NCBI GenBank assembly: GCA_030704615.1
Contig: CM060733.1
Span: forward strand, 54,188,001-54,252,000
Reading direction: 5' to 3'
Origin: Takakia lepidozioides
Taxonomy: Eukaryota > Plantae > Bryophyta
DNA length: 64,000 bases
Position numbers and translations under genes: made by a program. Positions 37,391-48,949 of this stretch are shown here, piece by piece; positions within the stretch are counted from its first letter, which is position 1, and the number at the start of each line of letters is the position of its first letter. The notes beneath the pieces are model-generated. The model was not told the DNA's origin. It did not search any database and saw only the letters and a list, made by a program, of their open reading frames with translations.

Positions 37391-38113
37391 TGTTTACCCC
37401 CTCTCTTTGTTTCTCTTTCGAGTGCAGTGGCGATACCCCTGCAGCCAGTCTGATTGTCCAACAAGTGACTGTGCCTGATTCAACCTTGTCATCCCGAGTC
37501 ATGAACTATTTTTTACAAACCATACACTCCAACATAGATAATGTCTCAAAGCTCCTTGAATATAGCCTATCTTCATTAGGACAGGCTTCCTGGTACATAG
37601 CAATGGAGTTACTAAACTACAGTAGTCATCTTTAAGACTGTACAATCTCTATCTGTTCAGGTTTGACCCTTGGATGATCATCCATCTTTCCCCTTTTCCA
37701 GAGCTCCCAAGCTTGCACATGCATTGCATCAAATGTTTATTACACACACAACATTAAGGTCAAGATTAATCAGAAATGCAGTCTGTCGCACCTAGCATTT
37801 GACTCCATCTCTTATCTGATGGGTGTCGCAACTAGCACATCTTCCCACAATACTTCTGGACTACTATATTTCCCACAGGTTCATCTGCCTCCAAATTAAA
37901 TTGCCAGGATATTTAACCAAAGACTGTTTATTGAGTTTAAATTGATATAAGACAACCAACAAAGGCTGGCTGCAAGTTACATAAATCTAATATCAGGCTG
38001 GTAATCTTGATTCCCACTTTTTTGGCCGACACCAACAAATACACATTGGACACATATGGAATTGATAGACGAGACCATCACCCTGCCAGTACAGTGTTCA
38101 GAGAGACAGAGAC

Positions 38114-39648
38114 CTGAGCCAAGATGATAGGGCCCCCTTGCCAAGCAAAAAAATGTCGTTCCTTCATCAGGTCCACAATAATTTTCACAAAACCCTCCAT
38201 TGCGTCCTGTAGCCAGCTAAGACAAGCAAGCGGCTGCTGAGGTATACGAACTGCCTAACTTGCAATGCCTTCCCCTCTGCTGAAGGGGTCAGCATGTTTA
38301 CAAGCTAGCTCTGATTCGCACTGCAAATGTGCAGCATTTAGAGCTGATGTAAAGAAAATCTGTGTTCACAACAGACCAAGCAAGAGTACCAACTTTGTTT
38401 TGATACGGCATCTCATTCCATGTGAGAAACACTGGGCAGGAGATCACATCATTGACCTTAAGCAGCTGCCTCCTAAGACTGAGATACACACTCACAGTAT
38501 TTTCATAAGGTGTGTGCACAAAGCTCTCTCATCCACTCTCATTTGAGAAACCGCTGCGTTCCTAGAGTGCATTAAACAACCCTGGTAAGTCTACTTTTAT
38601 TTCTCAAGGCTCAACTTAACAAGGGACGTTTGCATTGTACTACCCATCACCTTCAATTGCAGGCAGATCCAGCTGGAATCAAGTCCTGCTTCTCTCTTTA
38701 TTAGTACCCCTCTCAATCTACAGACTACTGATTTGAAAAGAGTGCGACCAGGCAAGTAATTCTTATCCTTTTTCTCAGTACCACAAAATAATCCATGTGG
38801 AGGCATCACATCATGCAAGCCTTCATATATATGAGAAGCACGTGCTTGAGCCTGCTGGCTGATACTAGGCGCAAATAAGCCTCCAAATCCTTTCAGACTC
38901 AAACTCACCTTGAAGGGTTGATTGTCAGTGCGGAACACAATTCCGGGAACATCACGCAACCACACTGGAAAGCCCCTGCACCCAACCATTTCATTCATGC
39001 CACGTCTTCATTTCCTAACCATGCAACTTGCAACCAAATTACCTCATGCAGAAACAACAAAACAACTGTGATACATAAGGAAACAGCCAAGTTTGAGACA
39101 CGGCAGCCCAGAGGAGAGAGGGACAGAAGGATGGAGAAAAACTTGCAACCAAATAACCTCATGCAGAAACAACAAAACAACTGTGCTACAAAAGGAAACA
39201 GCCAAGTTTGAGACACGGCAGCCCAGAGGAGAGAGGGACAGAAGGATGGAGAAAAGGGAAACCACAGTATGGCACAAAGGACATATCTAAGAAATACAAT
39301 AGGATGAGAAGAAGTATAAAGACAGTATAAATTTAGGCATTGTCTACCCAAAATTCCAATCTGCACATGCATAAGGGCCGATTCGCAAATTGAGATAGAG
39401 GCCGGCTTCCTCCACCAGCTTCACAAACTTGGGCAGATCGTATCTTCCCGCAAAGTTATACTGTGCACCCACCCACATGAAGGCGAACATGAAAGCCACA
39501 CTTGGTCCAACCTCTCACCACCCAAACCCATTTTCACTCAATTGCTGCAGGTAAACAAGCAATCACGAGAAAGAGGGAAGAACCAGACCATGCGCTGCTG
39601 AGGCTCATGTCCGCTCCAGAATACATAAGTTTGTATCACGTCTGCTCG
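38114..39648 (-). pseudogene. BGAL: GH35 beta-galactosidase gene fragment (end of exon 2 plus three exons, introns retained)
   Basis: ADVIQTYVFWSGHEP (to 39589); exons 39460-39348 [34 protein letters not shown], 38975-38909 GFPVWLRDVPGIVFRTDNQPFK and 38206-38114 ..WQGGPIILAQ. GT-AG borders are intact; the IENEYG exon and the rest of the gene were not found. Confidence 0.93.
39025..39256 (+). repeat. Tandem duplication (~116 bp x2) in BGAL-fragment intron
   Basis: ACTTGCAACCAAAT.ACCTCATGCAGAAAC...GAAGGATGGAGAAAA repeated head-to-tail with few differences. Confidence 0.95.
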
Positions 39649-40140
39649 CTTCACACCTTCGCACATCATTTGCTCATAGGTCTCCAAAGCCTCCATCCTG
39701 CGCCCTTGCTATGCATATCCTGCAATCATCGCACTCCACGACACCACATCTCGTTCAGCCATACTGTCGAACACTCCCTTCATACATGTCCACGAGGGTA
39801 TTGTTCAGAATGACATTGGTACAATTGCAGCTCTGACAATGTCACCATGCACCTCTTCGCCCTTTTCCAGAGCTGACAGGCTTGCACACGCATTGCAAAT
39901 GCACACAAACGTGTTGTGGTCGGGCGTCACCCCTTCCCCCATCATTTGATCATAGGTCTCCAAGGCCTCCATACCACGCCCCTGCTGTGCATACCCTACA
40001 AGCATCGTGTTCGACGTTATCAAAGATCGTTGAGGCATTCTGTTGTCTCTGTTATCTGTGTTTTTCGAAACTTTCCTGTTGCCACATTGGCAGATGTCAA
40101 AATCACTCCAAAACCACCATAGATCCACCAACGAGCTAAC
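39649..40140 (-). pseudogene. PLS-class PPR fragment
   Basis: NTMLVGYAQQGRGMEALETYDQMMGEGVTPDHNTFVCICNACASLSALEKGEEVH..NTLVDMY../GVFDSMAERDVVSWSAMIAGYA*QG; frameshifts and a stop. Confidence 0.92.
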
Positions 40141-40649
40141 TTCCAGACTTCAACATGAAAATTTAGGACGACTCTCATGCGGTGGACTCATGATCTGCAA
40201 ATGTCTCCCTCCGCGCTCAAGCACCCGGCGGGCGTTTTCGGGCATTTCGGGCAGGTTCCAAGGAAATTGACGACGACGATGACGTGTCTACGAAACGTGG
40301 CGACGATGACATGGTGATGATGACGAGACACTATGGCACCCTATTGCTGCTCTAGGCTAAACTAGCTTCTGACCTTCCTAGCTAGAATAACCTCTTTCAC
40401 AATAATAACCTCTGTCATCGTGAAGGCTTTCCGATGCGACACCTGCGACACCTGCGCAAGGGGGGAAGGAGAGTACCACAACCATCAAGTAGCAGGATTT
40501 GACCCCAGAATCATCTGGGTGGCACGGTGCACTTACCAACTGAGCTACTGTCTACCGGTTTTATTTGGAGTTCTTGGATTTATTGCACGGGCGTACCACA
40601 TAGGTAACGAAATTCCTTGTCGCATAAGTAGCGACCTGCACGAATGGTG

Positions 40650-40840
40650 TAATTTTTATTTTAGAGAACAGGGACAGAGGTCCTGGTTTAAATTTTATTT
40701 GGACTTATCAAGGGGAAAAAAATTAAAACCCCCGGTTACACCATAAGGCACACACACCGCAATCAGTGAGATTTGAACCGGACCCCTCCAAGAGGGCGAA
40801 GAGAAACCAAGGGGATGAACCCTTTTGAACCAGCTAGTAG
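40650..40840 (-). mobile_element. SINE-like element (body related to 52140-52390)
   Basis: B-box-like GGTTCAAATC; body TGTGTGCCT...GGGG.TTAATTTTT.CCCC; 3' CCCTGTTCTCT plus A-rich tail. Confidence 0.55.
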
Positions 40841-41669
40841 GAAAAATCTAGTGAGAAGCACATTGCATAGACATTCTAGAAGAGTCCAATGAAGCTTGCA
40901 ACACTGCCAAGCTAGAACAAACTTAATATATTACATAATTAAAATTAATTCATATATTAAAAATAATATTATGGAGTATTGAGTCATTTAACTGTGAAGT
41001 TGCACAATCCTATTCATGTAACGTCGAACTGTAAATCGAATGACGTACTTTGTATCATAAAATAATGAATATAAGATCAATTGATCAATAAATTGGTAGA
41101 GATATGACATAAATAGAACATTCAAGAAGATAATATACAAATGATAAGTAAACATCCATACCATGCTTAAAGTATAGTACTATGAACCAATGTATTGCAA
41201 GTTCCCAATTGTTGGATTGAAACGTTGAATAGAATTAGGTTGGACAAGGAAACATTGGAATTAAGTTTCAAAATATTTAGAGATCATTTATAAAGGTATG
41301 AATGACAAACTAATATTGTGTGGCCCCATTATCAATAAATATCGAGGGCTTCCATCCCTTTAAAAAAAAAAAAAAAAATGTGGAACAGTATACTATAGAT
41401 TCATCTATAAAATCTTTGAACCAAATATCCCACCCGATTCTTTTGTACCACAAAACTAGAAAAAAAATTAAATAAGTATCAAACATTGGAATTACGTTTT
41501 AGGGTATAGAGTTTGCTAGGGTACTAAACATACTTCTGTATGGATCACGTATGGATGGACAAGAAAACATGGGAAAGTCTACAGATGACTTGTCACATTT
41601 GAAATTTGTAAATGAAATATCCCCACAGTTCTATTGTATCCAATCTAAGACGAATGCGCATCAAACATT

Positions 41670-41690
41670 GGTTTAGGGTTTAGGGTTTAG
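41670..41690 (+). repeat. Interstitial plant telomere-like repeat (TTTAGGG)x~3
   Basis: GGTTTAGGGTTTAGGGTTTAG. Confidence 0.7.
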
Positions 41691-44111
41691 AAATGTGTAA
41701 ATGGACAAACAATTCTGGAACTTGCGGATTCTGTCTCTGTCTACTTCGGCAAGAATGGGGGGCCTGAAGGCATGAAGAGTGACAATAGTGGGGGGTACGA
41801 TGTTGTTACAAGGTTGGTCTTTGACTTGCATGGGCGGGGCCATGTAGTGGTCACTAACAATTTTCTTACCTCACTTGAGCTGTTCTATGACATGGCCTTG
41901 TTGGGCACCCGGGCACAGCACCTGGGCAACTGGCACTGTCTGGCTGAACAGGAAAGGTCTCCCACCTACTTTGATAGGGTTGGAAAAATGCAACACAGTA
42001 GTGCAAGAAGATTCTTGGTTCTTGAGATGCATACCTCCTGACAGATAGTTGTTTATTGTGATGGGACAAGAAAGGGGTCTCGGCCAATCTCGGGGCCCAA
42101 CTCATCCGTCACAGTAAGGAGATTTGTTGGGAACTCACGAATTCATATTCCTTTTGTGCCAATGCATGTGCAGTATCAAAGTTATATGAGAGGGGTTGAC
42201 GTGCAAGATCAGTTGAGGGGTGCCTACAGCATACAGTTGAAAATCCATAAATGGTGGCACAGAGTGTTTTTCTTCTTGTTGGATACTACAATGGTGAATG
42301 CGTACTTGCTGCACTCTACACACCTAAATGGGATGGGCAAGCATGCCTTCAATCATATGGAACTCAATTTGACAATGGCCCACTGCTTGACTACTGGTAC
42401 TTGGACATCTTTGGGTGTGGCTCGGGCAAATGCAGCAGGGTGTGGGGATTGGCACCAATGCTTGCATTCCACACTTTGCCGAATGTGTGTTCGATGCAAG
42501 AAGCGGACACATTACTACTGTCCACATGAGTGTCAGTCTAGGTACATGTGTATGGGTGTTTGCTGGCGGGAGGCCCACCGCATGAGGGGAAGGTGACTTC
42601 ATTTCAATTACCAACCTATTTTGCTTGTGTTGTGTTCATTGTGGCGGGCCAGTGTGAGGGTCCACATTCTGACTGCCTATGTTTTTTGGTTGGCAGAGTG
42701 TATGTGGGGTGCCTGTGTGGGTGTGCTCAATGTTGTGAGGGCGGGCATTCAAGGGAGTGGCATGTGGGCAGGTGGTATTAGTGTGGGGGTCGGGCAAGCA
42801 TTTGCCGGTGGTGGGGTGTTGCTTCCTTTGTGCGTCATCAGTGGTTGTTCTGCTCTAGTTGTTGTGTTCTATTCTGTTGAGGTTGCTTTGGCATGGGTTG
42901 GGTTGGGAGTGGGTTTGATCGTTTCTGGGGTGTTTGTTGTTTTTCTGGTTAGAGGGGAGGTGCAAGCTTGGTGGGTTTATTGCAGTGTTTCTTTTTTCAT
43001 ATTTGCTAAATCGTTGGCGGGCCCACCTATGAATTCCACCTAGTGCCTATGTGGCGAGAATATCGAGTTGACAAAATTAGAAAGTGGCTATATTCCAAGT
43101 GTCACGTTTTCATTGGTCCACGTCGGCAAGATTAGGCTCCTGAAATTTATCTCCTGGTGTTTTTTGGCAAAAATCTCGGATTTTACCCCCCATAATTCCT
43201 TTGTACAAGTAGCTGACCAAGTTTCCAGGTCGAAATTATCTGGCGTTTTTCGCCAGAAAGAAAAACGCTGGTTTGTTGAGGGAATGTTTGGCTGCTTGGT
43301 TGGGGGGGGGGGGGTTGTCTGCATTATGGGCAGATCAGGGGGTTCAATCGCCCCTCGATTCTTGGGCATTGGTATCTGCATATAGTGGTAAAGGTTCTCA
43401 GCGCATCCAGTGTTCACGTGAAGGTGCCCGTGAAAATGTTTCGGGCTCTTGGAAAGGCACGCCGGGCGCACTTGTTTTAGCTTGCAAGGAAGCCCTTCAC
43501 ATCGCAGAGTTGTGAAGGACGTGGCATGGAACACGTGCCGGAAAAAGTAGACAGGTCCGGCCACTGATAGCCTAAGTTGGGAATAACCGAAAATTTCACC
43601 TGGCTAAATGTACATCTGATCACAAGGTTTTGGAATTTACCTGTCAAATTTGGGCAGGCTTGTGTGCACATCCATGGGGTGTTTTCACTTTGTAGAGTAC
43701 TTGCATGCTCATTTACCCCCCCCCCCCCCATTTTCACATACAAACCAACCTTGGCAAAACTTGTTGTTTGGATTTAAAATTTGGTGTGAGTGTCCTGCAG
43801 GTGCCTGCCATTCAGAATGTGGAGGGCATTTCCACAAGAAAAATAAAAAACATTGGGCAAATCCATGGTCAAAGCAGAATATACAAGGTGAAATGTCATG
43901 GACTTGAAAAACCAACAATAGAAAATTGTTATAATGTAACAATTGGAACGGGTGAAAACCCTGTAATTTCGCAGGTAAGAACATGTGCAGGTAGGATGTA
44001 AGTTGTAAGGTTCATTCCCTGGATGTTTGGGGCCAGGGAGACATGCCCTCATCCATGAAGGTATATACGTATTTGGGGGTGGCCCACCAAAAACAGCTCG
44101 TCGTTGATGGG
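41691..44111 (+). mobile_element. piggyBac transposon, 5'-truncated
   Basis: Transposase relic plus a right end GGG|TTAA at 44109-44115; left TTAA|CCC end not found. Confidence 0.7.
41715..42596 (+). pseudogene. piggyBac (DDE_Tnp_1_7) transposase pseudogene with Cys-rich C-terminus
   Basis: VYFGK..GYDVVTRLV..GRGHVVVTNNFLTSLELF (catalytic D changed to N), TGTV..NRKGLP, YMRGVDVQDQL...KWWHRVFFFLLDTTMVNAY, CRMCVRCKKRTHYYCPHEC..CMGVCWREAH; frameshifts. Confidence 0.92.
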
Positions 44112-45105
44112 TTAACTTATATTTAGAACTTTGAACATGCATGTTTTTCAAATGGTGTCCAAGAAATGCATGCTACAGTGCGTTGGATTCCCTTTCAACA
44201 TATTGTATTCCAATTGGTGATACAGTAGCGTTGTACTGTAGATGTTGTACAAAACTTAAAATGGTTGAGGAATCTGTGTTCAACAGTTATTTTCTAATAT
44301 ATTTAGAAATAACGTGAAAAGAGAGTTGACTCTGAGGCCACCACATTGTAGAGACGACTATTGTATCCCACAATTTCTAGATTCAAATTTTGAGCGGAGC
44401 CCTGTTTCTCAAATTAAAGAACGAGGAAAAAATGACCTTGTGAACGGCCATAAGACAATATTATGGGGGGGAATTAAATTGTAAGTAGTCAAATTCTATC
44501 AGTGGTGGCAACCACGCGTGTCGCCCTGGGAGGTTTGCCAGATTGTTATTGCCTGACGGCTTTCTTGAGGTTATATACTCCTCGTATTTAATTTGAGTAA
44601 TATCGGTTTTGTGCCCTTTATTTAAAGAAAAGAAAAGAGAAAACGTGTCTTACTAACTCGCTTGCCGGCCAGTTGAACGTTCAGTTGGGAGCTAGTTGTA
44701 CCGACAATTCGTGATTTTTTCCGGATCTCCTTCCATTCAGCCTTAGTGATCAGCTTGTGATGCCTCATGAGAAATATGGAGGTTGTCCATTCTTAATCTC
44801 CAAAGAACTAGAGTTGGCACGCGATTTCCGGCTTTGCTAGAACCTGTATCGCAAATGGTTATGCCCGAGAGCTTAATCTGCACACGGTCTTCTCTATTTC
44901 CGCTTACAGATCTTGAAGTTGTAAGATTTGCAGGCCTGACAGCTCGAAGATTTTCTGTGGCTGGCTGACTTTGAAGGAGACCACTTTTGGCAATATTGGC
45001 GCACTTGTGATTACTTACCAAGGTGAAGTTGCAATTTGCTTTACAAAAGTCAAAATACTTAGTTTCTATTTTACATACCTTCAGTGTGCGAATGACAAAG
45101 ACAAA

Positions 45106-48100
45106 ATGACTTTGATTTCAAGACGGTCAACTCTTGCTCTACTTCTCCTGATCGTTATGTCATGCCAGGTAATTCCAAGAGGACAGGCAATGAGTGTTTT
45201 GGTCGCCACCAAACCCTATTTCGTAGTGAACCCCAAAGAATACCTTTACGTTACGTATCTGACAAGTACTACTTAGTGATGCAGCCAAACTGCCATCTTG
45301 TTCTTTACAATTCCTCAGGGCAGCATCTGCTGGAGACAAATAGAGATCCTAGCTCCCATGGCTATACAGTTGGTCAACAAAATTGCAGCCTCGTCATGCA
45401 AGATGATGGAAACCTTGTAATCTACAATTTTACAAGAGAACAATATGACTAGGAGAACACAACTTGGGTTAACACAGTGTGGAATCATCCCTGGGATTTT
45501 TGTAGTATGGGCACAAAATGTTTGGAACTCCGAATATAACCATTCATTTCTACTTTTGGGAGGCGATCATAGCATTCTCGAGTTCTATTATAGCAATGGC
45601 ACACGCTTTCAAGACTTTACTTTCTACAGTGCACCCATAAATTCAAGTAGTATGCTGAACTATCCATCTTTTAGCCCAAATTCCACGGATTACAAGGCAT
45701 GGCAACCAGATGCATCTTTGGATGCATTTCCATACATGCCAGCAGGATACTTCCTTTCTGCGGGCAACAGATTGATAACGAGGACCTTAGCATTTGTGCT
45801 AGAGCTGAATGCAACTGACTGTAACCGACTGCAACCTGCAATCTAAACAAGTAATGTATGGTGATAGGGTTATCTGGCAATCTAATACGAAGTCTAGTTC
45901 GGAAAATCGATCTTGTCGGCTTGAACTGCTGCAGAATGGGCGCCCCATCACCCATCGCTCCTGCGAGCTCCCCAGCAAGCACTCTAGCAAAGTCGCACGG
46001 GCCAATTGTGTGGATTGTTGTGGGTGTGCTGGGTGGAGCATTTGTGTTGGCCATGACAGCATTTGGGTTGTATTTTTACGCAGGAGAAAGTAAGCATCTC
46101 TCTTACCAAAATTCAATGTCTTTCTCTTGCCCAATCTCACTAGTGAGTCTCTCTGAATGCTTGCCCATGATTGCAGTGGGGACTAGATCCACATGATGAT
46201 GATTGCACTGATATTGCATGTTTTTTTCCATTAGCCTTTCTTGAGCCTGCCGACAAGGCGTTCCAAGAGCGACAAAATTCTCGAGAATTAATGGAGGCTA
46301 AGGTCAAACAAACAACAAGCAACTACGCTAAATTGATAGGACACGGGGGCTCCGGGGATGTGTTCTACGGCAAGTTGTCGGACGGTCAAGAAGTGGCTGC
46401 CAAAGTTTTGTCCAAGAACTCCCATCAAAGCAAGCACGAGTTCTTCAACGAGGTTATTGCCCAATGTCTGATATCAGTCATCGGTTTTGCTTCATTATTT
46501 GACCAATGTGGACTCCTCAGTTTTGAAATCTTAAAATCCCTAATGGATTTGTACTCAGATTTGCATTCTAAGATGGTAGCTAGCCGGGGCCATGGGTGTG
46601 CAGGTTGAGTTGTTGTCCAAGGTGTATCACAAGCACCTGGTTGTTCTTCTAGGGTACAGCTGCACCCGCAAGCACCAAATATTGATATACGAGTACATGA
46701 GTGGAGGAGACCTTTGACACCGACTGCAGGGTGCGTCCAAAACTCTCTCGCAAGTTGCCCGTGGATCATATTTTCCAACACTGATCATATCAAAACCCTT
46801 TAACCCACAGACAGTTAATTAAGATGATCAACTTCATGATTTAACGTAATTGATGGCTGATCTACGGTACCTTGTTGATTGATCTGCAGGAAAGGGTGGT
46901 GTCGAGAATCACTTGAGCTGGCGACAAAGGAAAAAATTACAAATATCATCCTCCAAGTTGCATAGGGTAAGTTAGGGCTGAATCTTACACCTAACTGTGA
47001 GTGAACTGTCATTGTACAAGTTTCCCAATGTTCTAATATGTCAATGACATCTCTTGACCTAGATGTGGCTTTGGTGCAGGGCTAGAGTATTTGCATGATA
47101 AATGCTCCCCTCCAATTATCCATCGCGACGTCAAGAGCGACAACATTCTACTCTCAAACAAGTTGGACGCCAAGGTGGCAGATTTCGGGTTGTCAAAACT
47201 GAAAACCGGTGGGCAGGAAGATGCCACCCATATCACAACCAAGATGAAAGGCACTCTAGGATATCTTGATCCAGAGTACAACTGTTTATTTCCCACATGA
47301 TCGCCAAGACATAATCTTGTTTAGTTCAGGACCTTCTCTAAGCCTTGTATGCTGACTGAGTAAGACATTGGTGCTTGTGGTGGCTTTCATGTTTGGCTGC
47401 AATTACAACGTCAACATCTTAATTAAACTGCAATGATACATATAGGTTTGCATACAGTAAAGTAAATGGGTCATAATATGGAATTAATTGATGCTAATAG
47501 GGTTAGGCGCCTGATATTTTTCAAATGAGTTGCAGGTATCGTCAAATAGGGATGCTTACAGAGAAGAGTGATGTGTACGCGTTCGGTACAGTGATGATGG
47601 AAATCCTGACATGACTACCTGTTATAGGAAAAAATCATGAATACATTGCTCAAAGGGTAAGACAAGCGTTAGCTGAACAATTGCATTGAACTGCTGAAGT
47701 GTGGTGCATTGGCATCTGTAAAGTGGTGGCACAGTTTGGGTGGTTCTTTTACGCCGTGCAGGGTTACAATCTTTAAGTTATAACTGGAATGAAGGTGGCT
47801 TATAATGAGCAATGTATGAGGTGTTGCTATGCACTGTGCAGGTTGGTGACGCTTGGAGACAAGATCAGTTGACGATTTGGAAGATCCAAATATGGGATTG
47901 CTTTTAATAGAGAAGAACTTGTTAACCTGGTGGAGGTGGCGCTTTGGTGCGTGAGGAGCAGTAGTGCAGAGAGGCCATTTATGCGTCAGGTTGTGTGAAG
48001 GCTCCATGAGCTAGGGTTGGCCTTGTCAGAGCCGTCTCAACCTGAAATTAATGTCGGTGAGGAAAGTGAGATCAATGTCACCGCACTCACCTCAACTCGT

Positions 48101-48160
48101 CTCAACTCTGAAAGTTCTGCAATTGAGACCACTAGTACAGTTCCTTTAATCTTCTTTTAG
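45106..48160 (+). pseudogene. Bulb-type lectin receptor-like kinase pseudogene, copy 2
   Basis: Signal peptide MTLISRRSTLALLLLIVMSC; B-lectin YYLVMQPNCHLVLYN..CSLVMQDDGNLVIYN; a second, partial B-lectin; TM IVWIVVGVLGGAFVLAMTAFGLYFY; kinase [31 protein letters not shown]. Frameshifts at ~45260 and ~45450 and in-frame stops in the late kinase exons. Confidence 0.9.
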
Positions 48161-48374
48161 CAGTCCATCAGTTTAGGCGTGTTCACAGGTCCACTGTTGG
48201 CGGTGCCTTGACAGATTATGTCAACCTGACCGCTTAGCATTACCCAGTTTATATCTAATTATTGAAGTAAGTTTGCGAGAAGGTTGTTAACTGTGATGTA
48301 GGCCATTACAGTACCAAAATTAGAGTCGCGGTTTCAAGCACCTGCAAATATTCCTAAGGTTTTTTTTTGGTTTG

Positions 48375-48906
48375 TTTTGCCTTATATACGTCCATTTGCC
48401 TTTATTGTCAACGATTGTGGATTCGGCCTCATGCAACTACGGCCACCGAAAAAAAAAAAAAAACCTTGGGCCAACAATATTTATAAATGCTGGGAACCAC
48501 GATAGTTGATGATCGTGTTAGCACTACCTTCTGCAGTGTTGTGTTTTGTTCATATTTATGTACACTGATAGTGGAAAAATTAGAGTTTTCATATCTACCA
48601 CGATCACGGTTTCCAGCACACGCATTACTGTTGGCATATATTTTTTAATTATTTTACCTTATATACGACCATTTGCCTCAATCGTCAATGACCGTGGACT
48701 TGCAGCTAAGGATTGATATTTTATTATTATTATTATATATTTTAAATAAAAATAAATAAAAATTAAAAAAAACAAAAAAAAACCCTTAGTCCAACATTAT
48801 TTGCAAGGCTGGAAACCACGATCGTGGTAACATTACCTTCTGTAGTGTTTGTTTGTTCATATTTGTGTGTACCGATAGTGGAAAGAATGAGAGTCTCCCT
48901 ATCTAC
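48375..48906 (+). repeat. Diverged tandem duplication (~280-bp period)
   Basis: CCTTATATACG.CCATTTGCCT...ACCACGAT...ACCTTCTG.AGTGTT...GATAGTGGAAA...TATCTAC occurs twice. Confidence 0.85.
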
Positions 48907-48949
48907 AACTTTTTTGTCAGTTTACGTATAGTCCATCATGTCTATTATT

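Larger units (their letters stand above)
36703..40387 (-). mobile_element. Putative non-autonomous Helitron-like (rolling-circle) element carrying captured gene fragments
   Basis: Inserted between A and T with no TSD. The minus strand starts TTCTAGCTAG and ends GTAGCTAGTAGTGCGGAGCAACGCGAAGCCCCAG (GCAACGC hairpin core, CCAG instead of CTRR). All cargo is on the same strand. Confidence 0.6.
36678..40556 (-). mobile_element. SINE copy split into 36678-36702 and 40388-40556 by a 3.7-kb insertion
   Basis: Intact copies read CCCCTT.ATAG...GAGGAGAAAA|TAACCTCT. Here the left half ends at 36702 and TAACCTCTTTCAC resumes at 40388. Confidence 0.85.

Noticed and set aside
42621-43043. Multi-TM hydrophobic ORF
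   Set aside because: GT-rich low-complexity piggyBac 3' region; hydrophobicity follows from base composition.
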